A DNA stretch of 64,000 bases from Eubacteriales bacterium (GCA_045120465.1 JBGVEW010000048.1:12495-76494); one strand, 5' to 3'; shown: positions 38,655-48,980, numbered from the stretch's first letter. Translations and numbers: made by a program. The notes: a model not told the origin generated them from the sequence alone.

Positions 38655-40766
38655 TTACTTACCTCTCTTATCCCAAGCAACTTCGGGGAAGGAATCGAAA
38701 ATCGAAACAACTGTTTCTACCGTAGCGCCGGTAGCGTCAACTTCGCTTTCGGTGTAGGTGTAGGAGTTGTAATCCTTCAACTGTGTTTTTTGGAAATTGT
38801 AGGGGCAGTAGTAGGTTGCGGAAATATCCTTGAGCTCGCCGCTTACCATTACCGCGGTCTTGTTGAAGATAACGGGAATGACAGGCATATCGTTCATCAG
38901 AATCTTTTCTGCTTCATGGAGCAATCTTGCTCTCTGATCAACCCACTTCCACTCATCTGTAGTGGGAGTGATCCAGTACTGATCGTACACGGATTTTACC
39001 GTATCGTAAACCTTTGCAAACTCCTCATCGGTGTACAAAGAGCCGGCAAACTTCTGGTTTGCGTTGTTGCGATCGAGGGATGCAAAGTAGGGCAGATAAT
39101 AGATCGCTTCCATAATATTATTGTAAGCGGTGCTGTTATAGCCCGTACGGTTGGGAGTCAGGGAGTAGGAGAGCTGACCGTTTTCAAGGGCCTTGCGGTT
39201 GAGTGCCATGCCGGAGAAAGCGGTTGCAAAGTTGCCGAGCATCGAGAACGCATCAGCGGAGTAAGCGGTGTAATCAAAGAGTACAACGTCGAACTTGCGG
39301 CGTTCGATGGTTTCGATAAACAGATCGTCGCAAACGTCCTTCGGAACCTCTTCCTGAGTCTTGAGATAGTCGTTGTTCTGAATTGCGTATACGGGTTCTG
39401 CCTTTACCTTAAATCCAAGCTCGCACCAAGCTGCTGCGATCATCTTGGCAACCTCGGTGTGGACTTCATCATATGCGGCATATTTAATGGTAAAGGAATA
39501 CTTGGAAGGAACGATCGCCTTGCCGTCAACCTTTGCCTTTGCGAGCATATTCTTTGCTTCGTCAAGGTTTTTAGAGGTGGAGATCAGTGCGCCGCCCTCA
39601 TCGCGGAACTTTACAACGTTCTTACCGGGCGTGGTATTGACGAGGTGGGGAGGAACCAGTGCGGTTGCGCCCTCCGCATATACGACCTTTTGCGCAATCG
39701 CGTCACGGTCGATGATAAGGGAGAGAGCCTGACGGACCTCTCTGATGTTAAGAGGCTCCACGTCCTGATTGAGATAGCAAACGGTGGTAGAGAGCGCGTT
39801 GGAAAGCGTTACGTTGCTTTGAACGTATTCGTCCGTGCGCAGCGCAAGCGGGATATCGGTCATGTAGAAGATCTTGCCGTCCTTGTATGCCTGCAAAAGT
39901 TCTGCGTCGCTCATGGAGCAATCCACAAGAATACGGTAGGGAACGACCGACTTGTCAAGCGCGTCGCGCTCATCGTTACGGTAGTAGTGACGGTTTCTTT
40001 CCAGATAGAAGTACTCGAGCTTCATAACGGGAGAGGTAGAAGAACCCGCCTCGCCGGACTTGTTGATCGCGTTGTCATCCTTTACCTTGGGATCGGTGGT
40101 TTCGGTGTACTTGATCTTACCAAGCTTAAAGGGACCGCTGGTGATCATGGTAGAGGACTTCTTTGCCCAGTCCGGATTTTTTGCAACAACGCTCTCAGAC
40201 AAAGGAGCGGTTACAACGCTGGTCAGGTTGAGAAGGAACTGATTGTAATCGGGCTTGCCTTCAAATGTGATTTTGAGGACCGTGGGCTCAAGCGCTTCGA
40301 CACCGAGGTCGTCAGGAGCCTCGTCACCTTCCTTAACAGCGCGGGCATTCTTGATATCAAACAGGAGAGAAGCAGCCTCGTAGCTGTTTTCCTGGTTGAG
40401 CAAACGTCTCCAAGCATAAACAACGTCCTCTGCAGTCAAGGCAAGACCGTTGCTCCACTTGGTCTGGTTCAGCTCGATTTGCATGGCGTATTCGCCGTTC
40501 TCCTCGATGATCTTATAGTCTTTTGCAAGGGCGTTTACGATCTTGCCGTTTTCGTCCAGCTTAAAGAGCGTTTCAAACATCATGCTCACCACGTTGGCGG
40601 TGCCGGTGTTATAATACGCTTTGGCGGGGTCGAAATCGTAGATCTCGTCCGACATGTACATGGTGATGTAAGCACCGGGGTCATCCTCGCCCAAAGAAGA
40701 ACAGGCGGAAAGAACGGGAACCAACATCACTGCGCACAGTAAAAGTGCAAAGATCCGTTTTGACAT
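38655..40766 (-). CDS. ABC transporter substrate-binding lipoprotein, peptide/nickel (family 5) type, unusually long (703 aa)
   Basis: Lipoprotein signal MSKRIFALLLCAVMLVPVLSAC. Family-5 SBP blocks (FDPAKAYYNTG..., LFKLDENGKIVNALAKDY, WSNGLALTAEDV). Hairpin terminator at 38620-38650. Confidence 0.85.
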   Translation of the reverse strand: MSKRIFALLLCAVMLVPVLSACSSLGEDDPGAYITMYMSDEIYDFDPAKAYYNTGTANVVSMMFETLFKLDENGKIVNALAKDYKIIEENGEYAMQIELNQTKWSNGLALTAEDVVYAWRRLLNQENSYEAASLLFDIKNARAVKEGDEAPDDLGVEALEPTVLKITFEGKPDYNQFLLNLTSVVTAPLSESVVAKNPDWAKKSSTMITSGPFKLGKIKYTETTDPKVKDDNAINKSGEAGSSTSPVMKLEYFYLERNRHYYRNDERDALDKSVVPYRILVDCSMSDAELLQAYKDGKIFYMTDIPLALRTDEYVQSNVTLSNALSTTVCYLNQDVEPLNIREVRQALSLIIDRDAIAQKVVYAEGATALVPPHLVNTTPGKNVVKFRDEGGALISTSKNLDEAKNMLAKAKVDGKAIVPSKYSFTIKYAAYDEVHTEVAKMIAAAWCELGFKVKAEPVYAIQNNDYLKTQEEVPKDVCDDLFIETIERRKFDVVLFDYTAYSADAFSMLGNFATAFSGMALNRKALENGQLSYSLTPNRTGYNSTAYNNIMEAIYYLPYFASLDRNNANQKFAGSLYTDEEFAKVYDTVKSVYDQYWITPTTDEWKWVDQRARLLHEAEKILMNDMPVIPVIFNKTAVMVSGELKDISATYYCPYNFQKTQLKDYNSYTYTESEVDATGATVETVVSIFDSFPEVAWDKRGK

Positions 40767-40951
40767 TGGGAAAATCCTCCTCAGTAATGAATGAATCGCA
40801 ATCGGCTCGCGTGAGCACGATATATACTCCTATATTATAAACTATTTTCCATCAAATTTCAATAGATTCCCATTATTTTTAATGTATATTTTGTTAATTT
40901 TTTTATCAAAGTAAAGACAAAAGCGCGTTGCAAACGGGAAAAGAGGAAAAA

Positions 40952-41875
40952 ATGCTGAAAAAAGATGTACAAGTGGGCTATGCAAGAAGCGATCTGGCAT
41001 GTGAGAGTTGTCAAAAACACGAGGCGATTGACGGAACGGAACAAAGCGAGCGGCGCGTTGGGGAGATCACGGTTACGCAATTCAAGATCGTTACCGAGCA
41101 AGCATCGCAACGCCTCGGGAAGCCGTGCGGAAGCTACGTTACCTTTGAAAGCGGAAGAATTGACCGTTTATATGATGATCGTGTTACGCTGTTTGCGCAT
41201 CTTTTGGCAGGCGAGCTTCGCGGAATGGCGGAGCGGCTGACGCAAAAAAGGGTTGATTCCTCTTTTGGTGTGTTTGTGGCGGGGCTCGGCAACGCTGAGT
41301 TGACCTCTGACGCAGTCGGACCGCGTACCGTTGCTCGGCTGACCGCCACGCGGCATCTGCGGGAGCATGAAGGGGAACTGTTTTTTTCAAGCGGGTGTTC
41401 CTCTCTGTCTGCACTTTCCCCGGGGGTTTTGGGGCAAACGGGAATTGAAACGGCAGAGCTGTTGGCGGGGGCAGTACGCGTGATCGCCCCCGACCTGGTC
41501 ATTGCGGTGGATGCTTTGGCGGCGCGAAGCTGTGATCGACTGGCATCAACGGTGCAGATTTCGGACGTCGGCATCCTTCCCGGGGCAGGAGTCGGAAATC
41601 ATCGTGCTGCAATCGACCGTCAAACCCTCGGTATTCCCGTTATCGCGCTCGGTGTTCCTACGGTGGTCGATTCCGCCACCTTGGTGTTCGACGCTTTGCG
41701 CGAGGCGGGGATTGAGGAGATCTCACCGGAATTGATACGGGTTCTGGAAACCGGAAAAAGCTTCTTCGTTTCGCCAAAGGAAAGCGATATGATTACCGAT
41801 CGTGTTTCAAGATTGTTATCGCGCGCCCTGACCTTGGCGTTTGGAGGGGAGCTGGCAGAGGAGCTTGGGGAATAA
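40952..41875 (+). CDS. gpr: Germination protease (GPR endopeptidase)
   Basis: RSDLACE, GLGNAELTSDAVGP, GQTGIETAE, VIAVDALAARS, ISDVGILPGAGVGN and GIPVIALGVPTVVD parallel B. subtilis Gpr. Confidence 0.93.
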   Translation: MLKKDVQVGYARSDLACESCQKHEAIDGTEQSERRVGEITVTQFKIVTEQASQRLGKPCGSYVTFESGRIDRLYDDRVTLFAHLLAGELRGMAERLTQKRVDSSFGVFVAGLGNAELTSDAVGPRTVARLTATRHLREHEGELFFSSGCSSLSALSPGVLGQTGIETAELLAGAVRVIAPDLVIAVDALAARSCDRLASTVQISDVGILPGAGVGNHRAAIDRQTLGIPVIALGVPTVVDSATLVFDALREAGIEEISPELIRVLETGKSFFVSPKESDMITDRVSRLLSRALTLAFGGELAEELGE

Positions 41876-43006
41876 ATGACACGCTTGTTGCATAGAATGG
41901 AGCAAAAACACAAAAGGACGGTGGCGCATATGTCAAAGCAGGTGATTCCGCAAACGAGCGCGGACAAGACCGAACGCATTCTTCTCTCAGGACATTTTTA
42001 CCGAAGATCCCGATTTTTTGCGGTTTTTATCATTTGTATTGCACTTCTTGTAGCGGGCTTTGCCGTAACGGGCGTTTGGATGAGTCGCGGAGGGGATGCA
42101 GATTTGAAGGATCTCGGTTCTCCGTTTGAGACGGAAGAAGAGACTGGCGGTAACCATTTTGAAAATCCGGAGGAAACGAAAAAAAACGAGCAAAACGAAG
42201 GTGTGACTCTGCCGCCTGCCGAGCCACTTCCCGCAGGGGCAGTTCCCATCGTTAACCGCGATCTTTCCTGTTCGGCGTTAGGGGAATCCTATTTCCACAA
42301 TGAAACGTCGCTGTCTCCCAATCTGTCCAAGATCTTTGAAACAGACGTTTCCGCGCAGCCCACACAAGCTCCCTTGGTTTTAATTTTGCATACGCATACG
42401 AGCGAGGGATATTTGAAGAGGGAGGCGAACTATCTGATGGGAGACCTTGGGGACGCAACCTACTCAAAGGACGATTCGCAAAACGTGCTTGCGGTGGGAA
42501 GGGCATTGTGTGAAACGCTGAATCAAAAAGGCATCACCGCGATTCATTGCACGGTGATGCACGACGATCCAACGCTTGCGGGCTCTTACGCGCGAGCATT
42601 GGAGAGTATTCGGTTTTATTTGACGCACTATCCTTCGATCCGTTACGTAATCGACCTTCACAGGGATTCGGTTTTGAATTCCGATGGGGAATACATACGC
42701 GCGGTAGTGGATGGAGATGGGGGATCGATCGCGCAGATCATGCCCGTGGTCGGAAGCAACGGAGGGGGAGAGAGTAACGAGCGGTGGGAGGGGAATTTTG
42801 CTCTGGCACTTCAGCTTCGAACAAAGCTCAACGCAACCGTTCCGTCACTCTGCCGTCCCGTGACGCTTCGCAATGAAACCTACAATCAAGAGCTTGCTCC
42901 CTATTCATTATTACTGGAGATCGGTACGGGAGCTTGCACCGTGGAGGAAGCGGTGCGCGCGGCGCGTCTTGTGGGGGAAGCTTTGGTAAATATCCTTTTG
43001 GCTTAG
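41876..43006 (+). CDS. spoIIP: Stage II sporulation protein P
   Basis: N-terminal TM segment, LILHTHTSEGY, IDLHRD and the C-terminal LLLEIGT pattern. gpr-spoIIP synteny as in Bacillus. Confidence 0.9.
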   Translation: MTRLLHRMEQKHKRTVAHMSKQVIPQTSADKTERILLSGHFYRRSRFFAVFIICIALLVAGFAVTGVWMSRGGDADLKDLGSPFETEEETGGNHFENPEETKKNEQNEGVTLPPAEPLPAGAVPIVNRDLSCSALGESYFHNETSLSPNLSKIFETDVSAQPTQAPLVLILHTHTSEGYLKREANYLMGDLGDATYSKDDSQNVLAVGRALCETLNQKGITAIHCTVMHDDPTLAGSYARALESIRFYLTHYPSIRYVIDLHRDSVLNSDGEYIRAVVDGDGGSIAQIMPVVGSNGGGESNERWEGNFALALQLRTKLNATVPSLCRPVTLRNETYNQELAPYSLLLEIGTGACTVEEAVRAARLVGEALVNILLA

Positions 43007-43320
43007 CGGCGCAGACAGAGCAGCTCAATTCCTACCAGAGCGAGACCGATCAAAACTCCCATTCCAAGACCGATGGTGCCACACTCAACGGCACCGATGG
43101 TGCCAACCATGCCGATCAGGGAGAGTGCCGTGCCGCCAACGCGCAGAAAGCGGCGGACGGGCGCGGACACTGCAAACGTAAGGAGGGTGGAGAGGATTGC
43201 CAGCAATTGATCCGCCAAGCGTTTCCATAGGCTGATGCGAACATTGCCTTCCATAAAATATGCTTCGAAAATATCGTTATTGGAATTAATTCTCCCTTTT
43301 TGTTGATAATAAGCGTTCAT
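43003..43320 (-). CDS. Small glycine-zipper membrane protein (105 aa), unknown function
   Basis: RBS GAGAGG. The C-terminal 70 aa is hydrophobic and rich in GxxxG (LIGMVGTIGAVECGTIGLGMGVLIGLALVG). Driven by a consensus promoter. Divergent from the CI-like repressor. Confidence 0.55.
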   Translation of the reverse strand: MNAYYQQKGRINSNNDIFEAYFMEGNVRISLWKRLADQLLAILSTLLTFAVSAPVRRFLRVGGTALSLIGMVGTIGAVECGTIGLGMGVLIGLALVGIELLCLRR

Positions 43321-43361
43321 AATGCACCTCTCAAATCCATAATTGGAATCGCTGTGACGAC

Positions 43362-43390
43362 ATTATAACAGATTTTTTGATCTTTGTCAA
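43362..43390 (-). promoter_or_regulatory. Consensus sigma-A promoter of the small membrane protein gene
   Basis: Minus strand TTGACA, 17 nt, TATAAT with a TG at the extended -10 position (TGTTATAAT). Confidence 0.65.
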
Positions 43391-43431
43391 TAGTTTTTTT
43401 CCAAAAAAAGAAAAATATTTTCAAAAAGCCC

Positions 43432-43460
43432 TTTACAAACGGATGAGGAGGTGTTATAAT
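43432..43460 (+). promoter_or_regulatory. Putative promoter of the CI-like repressor/radC operon
   Basis: TTTACA, 17 nt, TATAAT, also with TGTTATAAT. Confidence 0.55.
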
Positions 43461-43490
43461 AATGCCGTAATCGGAAAAAGGAGGGACGTT

Positions 43491-44315
43491 ATGGAGTCTT
43501 ATCTGGATCGAATCAAACAATTAAAAAACGATAAAAAAATGACCAACGATCAATTGTCAGAGCGTTCGGGAATCCCACTTGGAACGCTGAGTAAGATCTT
43601 GGCGGGGATGAGCGATTCGCCAAAGCTTTCCAATATTATAGCACTTTGCAGCGCGTTGGATTGTTCTGTGGAATACATTGTCAGCGGCATCCCCGAAAAT
43701 ACCAATAACTTTACCTTGAGCAAAGAGGAAATTGCGATGATTGAGAATTATCGCCGCCTGGATTCTTTTGGTAAGGAGCTGGTAGAGCTGGTGGTCTCCA
43801 AGGAGCACGCGCGTATTCTGGCGAGTGAAGAGAGCACCGTGCAGGAGGCTCCAACCGTTTACAAGAGCCGTTCTTCGGGCGAGGCAAAAATTCTCTCTCC
43901 CGTGCGTTCCTTGGGGCGTTATGCGGGCGAGCAAGCGCGTACCGGAAGACGCTCAATCCTTTTGTACGAGCTGCCGGTTTCCGCGGGAATCGGTGTTTAC
44001 CTGGACGAGACAACTGCCGAAAATATTACCATTCCCGATAATGAAAAAACCTCCGAGGCGGATTATGCACTCCGCATCAGCGGTAACAGTATGGAGCCGA
44101 AATATCACGACGGCGACGTGCTTCTGGTTCGGCACAGCGATGGCGTTGACGTAGGCGAACTGGGTATTTTCCTGCTCGACGGCTGTGGTTTTTTCAAGGT
44201 GTTCGGTGGAGACAGATTGCTTTCGCTTAATCCCGAATACGCACCGATCTTGTTAAAGGATTTTACCGACGTACAATGTAAGGGTATGGTTGTAGGAAAA
44301 TTAAAAAGAAAATAA
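43491..44315 (+). CDS. XRE-HTH / S24 peptidase repressor (phage CI / HdiR-like, LexA-type autocleavage domain)
   Basis: N-terminal HTH (MTNDQLSERSGIPLGTLSKILAG). C-terminal S24 domain with Ser in ISGNSMEP and Lys in VQCKGMVVG. Confidence 0.85.
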   Translation: MESYLDRIKQLKNDKKMTNDQLSERSGIPLGTLSKILAGMSDSPKLSNIIALCSALDCSVEYIVSGIPENTNNFTLSKEEIAMIENYRRLDSFGKELVELVVSKEHARILASEESTVQEAPTVYKSRSSGEAKILSPVRSLGRYAGEQARTGRRSILLYELPVSAGIGVYLDETTAENITIPDNEKTSEADYALRISGNSMEPKYHDGDVLLVRHSDGVDVGELGIFLLDGCGFFKVFGGDRLLSLNPEYAPILLKDFTDVQCKGMVVGKLKRK

Positions 44316-45116
44316 ATGGCACCGAAATCAATACATCAAAATCACAGACAGCGCATCAGAAATGAGATTCTGAATCATAGCATGGATCACATGGAGGATT
44401 ATAAAATTCTCGAGGTATTTTTATATACTTGCCTTGCGAGAGGAGATACAAACGAGCTCGCGCATAGGATTATCGAGCATTTTGGTTCCATTGATATGCT
44501 TATGGAGGCAAATGGGGATGAATTGATGCGAATTGACGGCGTTGGGGAACAAACCGCCGTTCAAATTATTACCGCAATGGAGTTGTTCCGTCGATGTCTC
44601 CGTGCTCGTTTAACACACTTAAATGCCTCCGATAACGTTTACGATACGGTGCAAAAGATAGCGGAACGAATGTGGACCTACTTTCAGGGATTGGCACGGG
44701 AACGCCTTTATGTGTTGCTGTTTGATAACCGTATGTCATTGATCTCGCAACGCATCATTTCCAACGGCACGCCCCATTCTACCGATTTGGACGGATATTC
44801 GATCGTCGAATGGATCGTCCGAAAAAAAGGATCCAACGTTGTTCTGGTACATAATCATCCGCATGGAAATGCGCAGGCTTCTCCTGAGGATATTCGGATC
44901 ACGAATGAGATGGCAACCATACTGAAATACATGGGGATTTATTTACGCGAGCATATCATTATTGCCGACGATCAGTTCTCGACCATTATGCGTATGCAGA
45001 ACCGATCTCTTTCCGGGACGAGAGACGGAACGCTGCATGACGGTGGTTTCGATTGGGATCACTTTTATAATGTGGACGAAATTACTTACCGCTTTTCAAC
45101 GTCCATGGGCTTGTAA
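44316..45116 (+). CDS. radC: RadC-like JAB/JAMM domain protein
   Basis: HhH region (IDGVGEQTAVQIITAMELFRR) and JAMM motif HNHPHGNAQASPED. The ATG immediately follows the repressor stop. Confidence 0.85.
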   Translation: MAPKSIHQNHRQRIRNEILNHSMDHMEDYKILEVFLYTCLARGDTNELAHRIIEHFGSIDMLMEANGDELMRIDGVGEQTAVQIITAMELFRRCLRARLTHLNASDNVYDTVQKIAERMWTYFQGLARERLYVLLFDNRMSLISQRIISNGTPHSTDLDGYSIVEWIVRKKGSNVVLVHNHPHGNAQASPEDIRITNEMATILKYMGIYLREHIIIADDQFSTIMRMQNRSLSGTRDGTLHDGGFDWDHFYNVDEITYRFSTSMGL

Positions 45117-45143
45117 CGCCATCGCGTTGAATAAAACGTGAAG

Positions 45144-45186
45144 GGGGAGTCAAATGCGAACCGCATTTGACTCCCCGCGTTTTTTG
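45144..45186. terminator. Hairpin terminator between convergent radC and eno
   Basis: GGGGAGTCAAATGCG-aac-CGCATTTGACTCCCC, a perfect 15-bp stem followed by GCGTTTTTTGTTTT. Confidence 0.85.
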
Positions 45187-45248
45187 TTTTGACGGCTGAG
45201 TACTGCCATTTTTTGTTTATATGACGAAATCGGTGGGGAGGCGATGAC

Positions 45249-46583
<1,335 letters not shown>

Positions 46584-46652
46584 TCATCCTTTCATTTCTA
46601 AAAATGGAAACAAAGATATTCTTGGCAGTTCCAAATTCTTTTATGCACCTGC

Positions 46653-46854
46653 AAAAAAAACAAAAAAAAGATTGCTTTATTAAAGAAAAGCAATCGTTTC
46701 AAGAACAATAAAACTGCACACCGATGACCCTTTGCTGGCGATGTCATAAGCTTGACACTTCGCAAAGAACGAATGCGGTGTGCAAAAAGGGGAACCCGAC
46801 AGACTCTTGCCCATCGGCATCATATATTATACCGCATCAGTCTTGATTTGTAAA
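46653..46854 (-). promoter_or_regulatory. Promoter + ~140-nt structured region (or leaderless 46-aa sORF) + intrinsic terminator upstream of eno
   Basis: Minus strand TTTACA (46849-46854), 17 nt, TATAAT (46826-46831). Competing helices GCACACCG/CGGUGUGC, CCGAUG/CAUCGG and CCCUUU/AAAGGG. Terminator GAUUGCUUU-8 nt-AAAGCAAUC (46670-46695) plus a U-run, about 75 nt before the eno RBS. Confidence 0.4.
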
Positions 46855-47103
46855 TATTCAATTGTGACGAAAATTGGCAAAAAAATTTGTGAAAAAACAT
46901 ACGAGTTAGAATTTTTACGCATTTTGCGAGCACTTTTTTGTGAACTATTTCCATGGACATTTTTGTCGTGGTTTTTTTGAAATGAAAAAGAAAGCAGGTG
47001 GCGGGAGAAAAAAGAAAAAAAGAGTCGCGTTTTGTACTTTACAAATGATGGAAAAAGTGCTATACTGTTTAAGAACCGCATTGTTCGAAAGAAAGGATTT
47101 TTC

Positions 47104-48285
47104 ATGAGGCTGACACATCGCGCAACCATTCTGGCTTGCTATAACGGTTACGTTACGCAAGCGATTTGTATCAATTTGGCTCCATTGTTTTATTTGACCT
47201 TTCAAAAGGAATTTTCTCTCACCGTAACGGCGATCAGTACTCTGATCGCCCTCAACTTTGCGACGCAGCTTTTGGTTGACGTCATTGCCACTCGCTATTC
47301 CAAGCACCTCAATCTGCGTCTTGTTTCCGTAGCGGCACATCTCTTCAGCGCATCGGGGCTCGTTGGAATGTCCTTTTTGCCATATGTTTTGGAGCCTTAC
47401 GCCGGTCTTGCTCTTTCGGTGGGGCTTCTTGGCGTTGGTGGGGGATTGACCGAGGTGATCATCAGTCCGTTGATCGAAGCCTGCCCAACCGACGGAAAAT
47501 CCGGCAATATGAGCCTCTTACATTCCTTTTATTGCTGGGGACAGGCAGGGGTCGTTTTGCTTTCGGGAATTTACTTTTCGTTTCTTGATATTGCCGTTTA
47601 TTGGCGTTATTTGCCCATTTTGTGGGCAATCATCCCACTTTTGGGGGCTTTTGCGTTCTGCTTTGTGCCGATTTACCGTCTGCCGGGAGATGCCGACGGT
47701 CGATCCTCGGTGCGCGCACTGTTTAAAACCTCTGCTTTTTGGGGATTCTTACTGATGATGTTTTGTGCGGGGGCAACCGAGTTGACCATGAGCCAGTGGG
47801 CATCGGCGTTTGCCGAGTCTGCGTTGGGGATTCCCAAGGAGCTGGGAGACCTGTTGGGTCCTTGTATGTTTGCTTTGATGATGGGACTTTCTCGCGCTCT
47901 GTACGGAAAATTCAGCAATTTGCTTGATCTTTGCTTTTTGATGAAGATCGGGTGCGTGCTTTGCACAGTAGCATACCTTTTGGCGGCGTTCGTGCCCATT
48001 CCTGCCTTGTCGCTGGTCAGTTGTGCCTTGTGCGGCATCGGTGTCGGCATCTTTTGGCCCGGTATTTTAAGTCAGGCTGCTGCTTCCATCCCCATGGGGG
48101 GAATTTCCATGTTCGCGCTTCTTGCCGTTGCGGGGGATCTTGGATGTCTCATCGGCCCCAGTGTTTCGGGCACTCTCGTTGATTTGCTGGGCGGTGACCT
48201 GCGTTGGGCATTCTGCTTTACCGCTCCGTTTCCAATCATTTTGTTGATGATGTTATTTCTGAAAAGCCGCAAAAAGGAGAGATAA
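47104..48285 (+). CDS. MFS transporter
   Basis: 393 aa from ATG 47104, about 12 TM segments, typical MFS loop spacing. Substrate not inferable. Confidence 0.8.
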   Translation: MRLTHRATILACYNGYVTQAICINLAPLFYLTFQKEFSLTVTAISTLIALNFATQLLVDVIATRYSKHLNLRLVSVAAHLFSASGLVGMSFLPYVLEPYAGLALSVGLLGVGGGLTEVIISPLIEACPTDGKSGNMSLLHSFYCWGQAGVVLLSGIYFSFLDIAVYWRYLPILWAIIPLLGAFAFCFVPIYRLPGDADGRSSVRALFKTSAFWGFLLMMFCAGATELTMSQWASAFAESALGIPKELGDLLGPCMFALMMGLSRALYGKFSNLLDLCFLMKIGCVLCTVAYLLAAFVPIPALSLVSCALCGIGVGIFWPGILSQAAASIPMGGISMFALLAVAGDLGCLIGPSVSGTLVDLLGGDLRWAFCFTAPFPIILLMMLFLKSRKKER

Positions 48286-48289
48286 AACG

Positions 48290-48934
48290 ATGACAACCTT
48301 TATTTTTGTTCGTCACGGACAAAGCCGGGCGAACCTTGAACGGATTTTTGCGGGACATACCGATACTCCGCTAACCGATCTTGGACACAAGCAGGCGCAA
48401 AACACCGCTCGCTTTTTGGAGCAATATCCGATCGAGAAGATCTATTCCAGCGATCTTTTGCGTTCCATGCAGACGGCAGAACCAACCGCTCGGCATTTTG
48501 GACTCCCCGTCATTCCCGATTGCGAGATGCGTGAGATTTACGCAGGGGAATGGGAAGGGAAACTTTATGAGGACTTGATGAAGGAATATCACGAGGAGTA
48601 CGAAACGTGGATCAAAAATTGCGGTTGTGCGCATCCGAACGGTGGCGAAAGCGTTGCGGAATTGGGAGAACGCATTTACCGCGAGTGTGATCGGCTCCTT
48701 GCGGAGAATCAAGGGAAATGCGTTGCGGTCTTTTCACACGCCACCCCGATTCGATTGCTCAGCGCGCGTTTTCAAAACGTGCCCGTGGAGCAGCTTTTTC
48801 AGGTTCCGTTTGCTCCCAACGCATCGGTTACGGTGGTTGAATATGATGAGGAAGGGCATTTTACGTTAAAATTGTCGGGCTATGACGGTCATCAAGGCGA
48901 GCTTTCTACGTCCTTGGCAAAGGGAGTTGTGTAA
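48290..48934 (+). CDS. Histidine phosphatase family protein (phosphoglycerate mutase-like)
   Basis: FVRHGQSRANL (the RHG motif) plus downstream His (SHATPIR). Confidence 0.85.
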   Translation: MTTFIFVRHGQSRANLERIFAGHTDTPLTDLGHKQAQNTARFLEQYPIEKIYSSDLLRSMQTAEPTARHFGLPVIPDCEMREIYAGEWEGKLYEDLMKEYHEEYETWIKNCGCAHPNGGESVAELGERIYRECDRLLAENQGKCVAVFSHATPIRLLSARFQNVPVEQLFQVPFAPNASVTVVEYDEEGHFTLKLSGYDGHQGELSTSLAKGVV

Positions 48935-48980
48935 AAAAAAGATCGGGCGGTCTCAAACGAGACTGCCCGATTTTTTATAA

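Noticed and set aside
38790-40742. 650-aa plus-strand ORF opposite the ABC binding-protein gene
   Set aside because: It lies exactly in codon register with the minus-strand gene, as a TTA/CTA/TCA-free shadow frame. It has no RBS and a low-complexity Val/Gly/Leu-rich product. The sense gene has clear family motifs and a lipoprotein signal.
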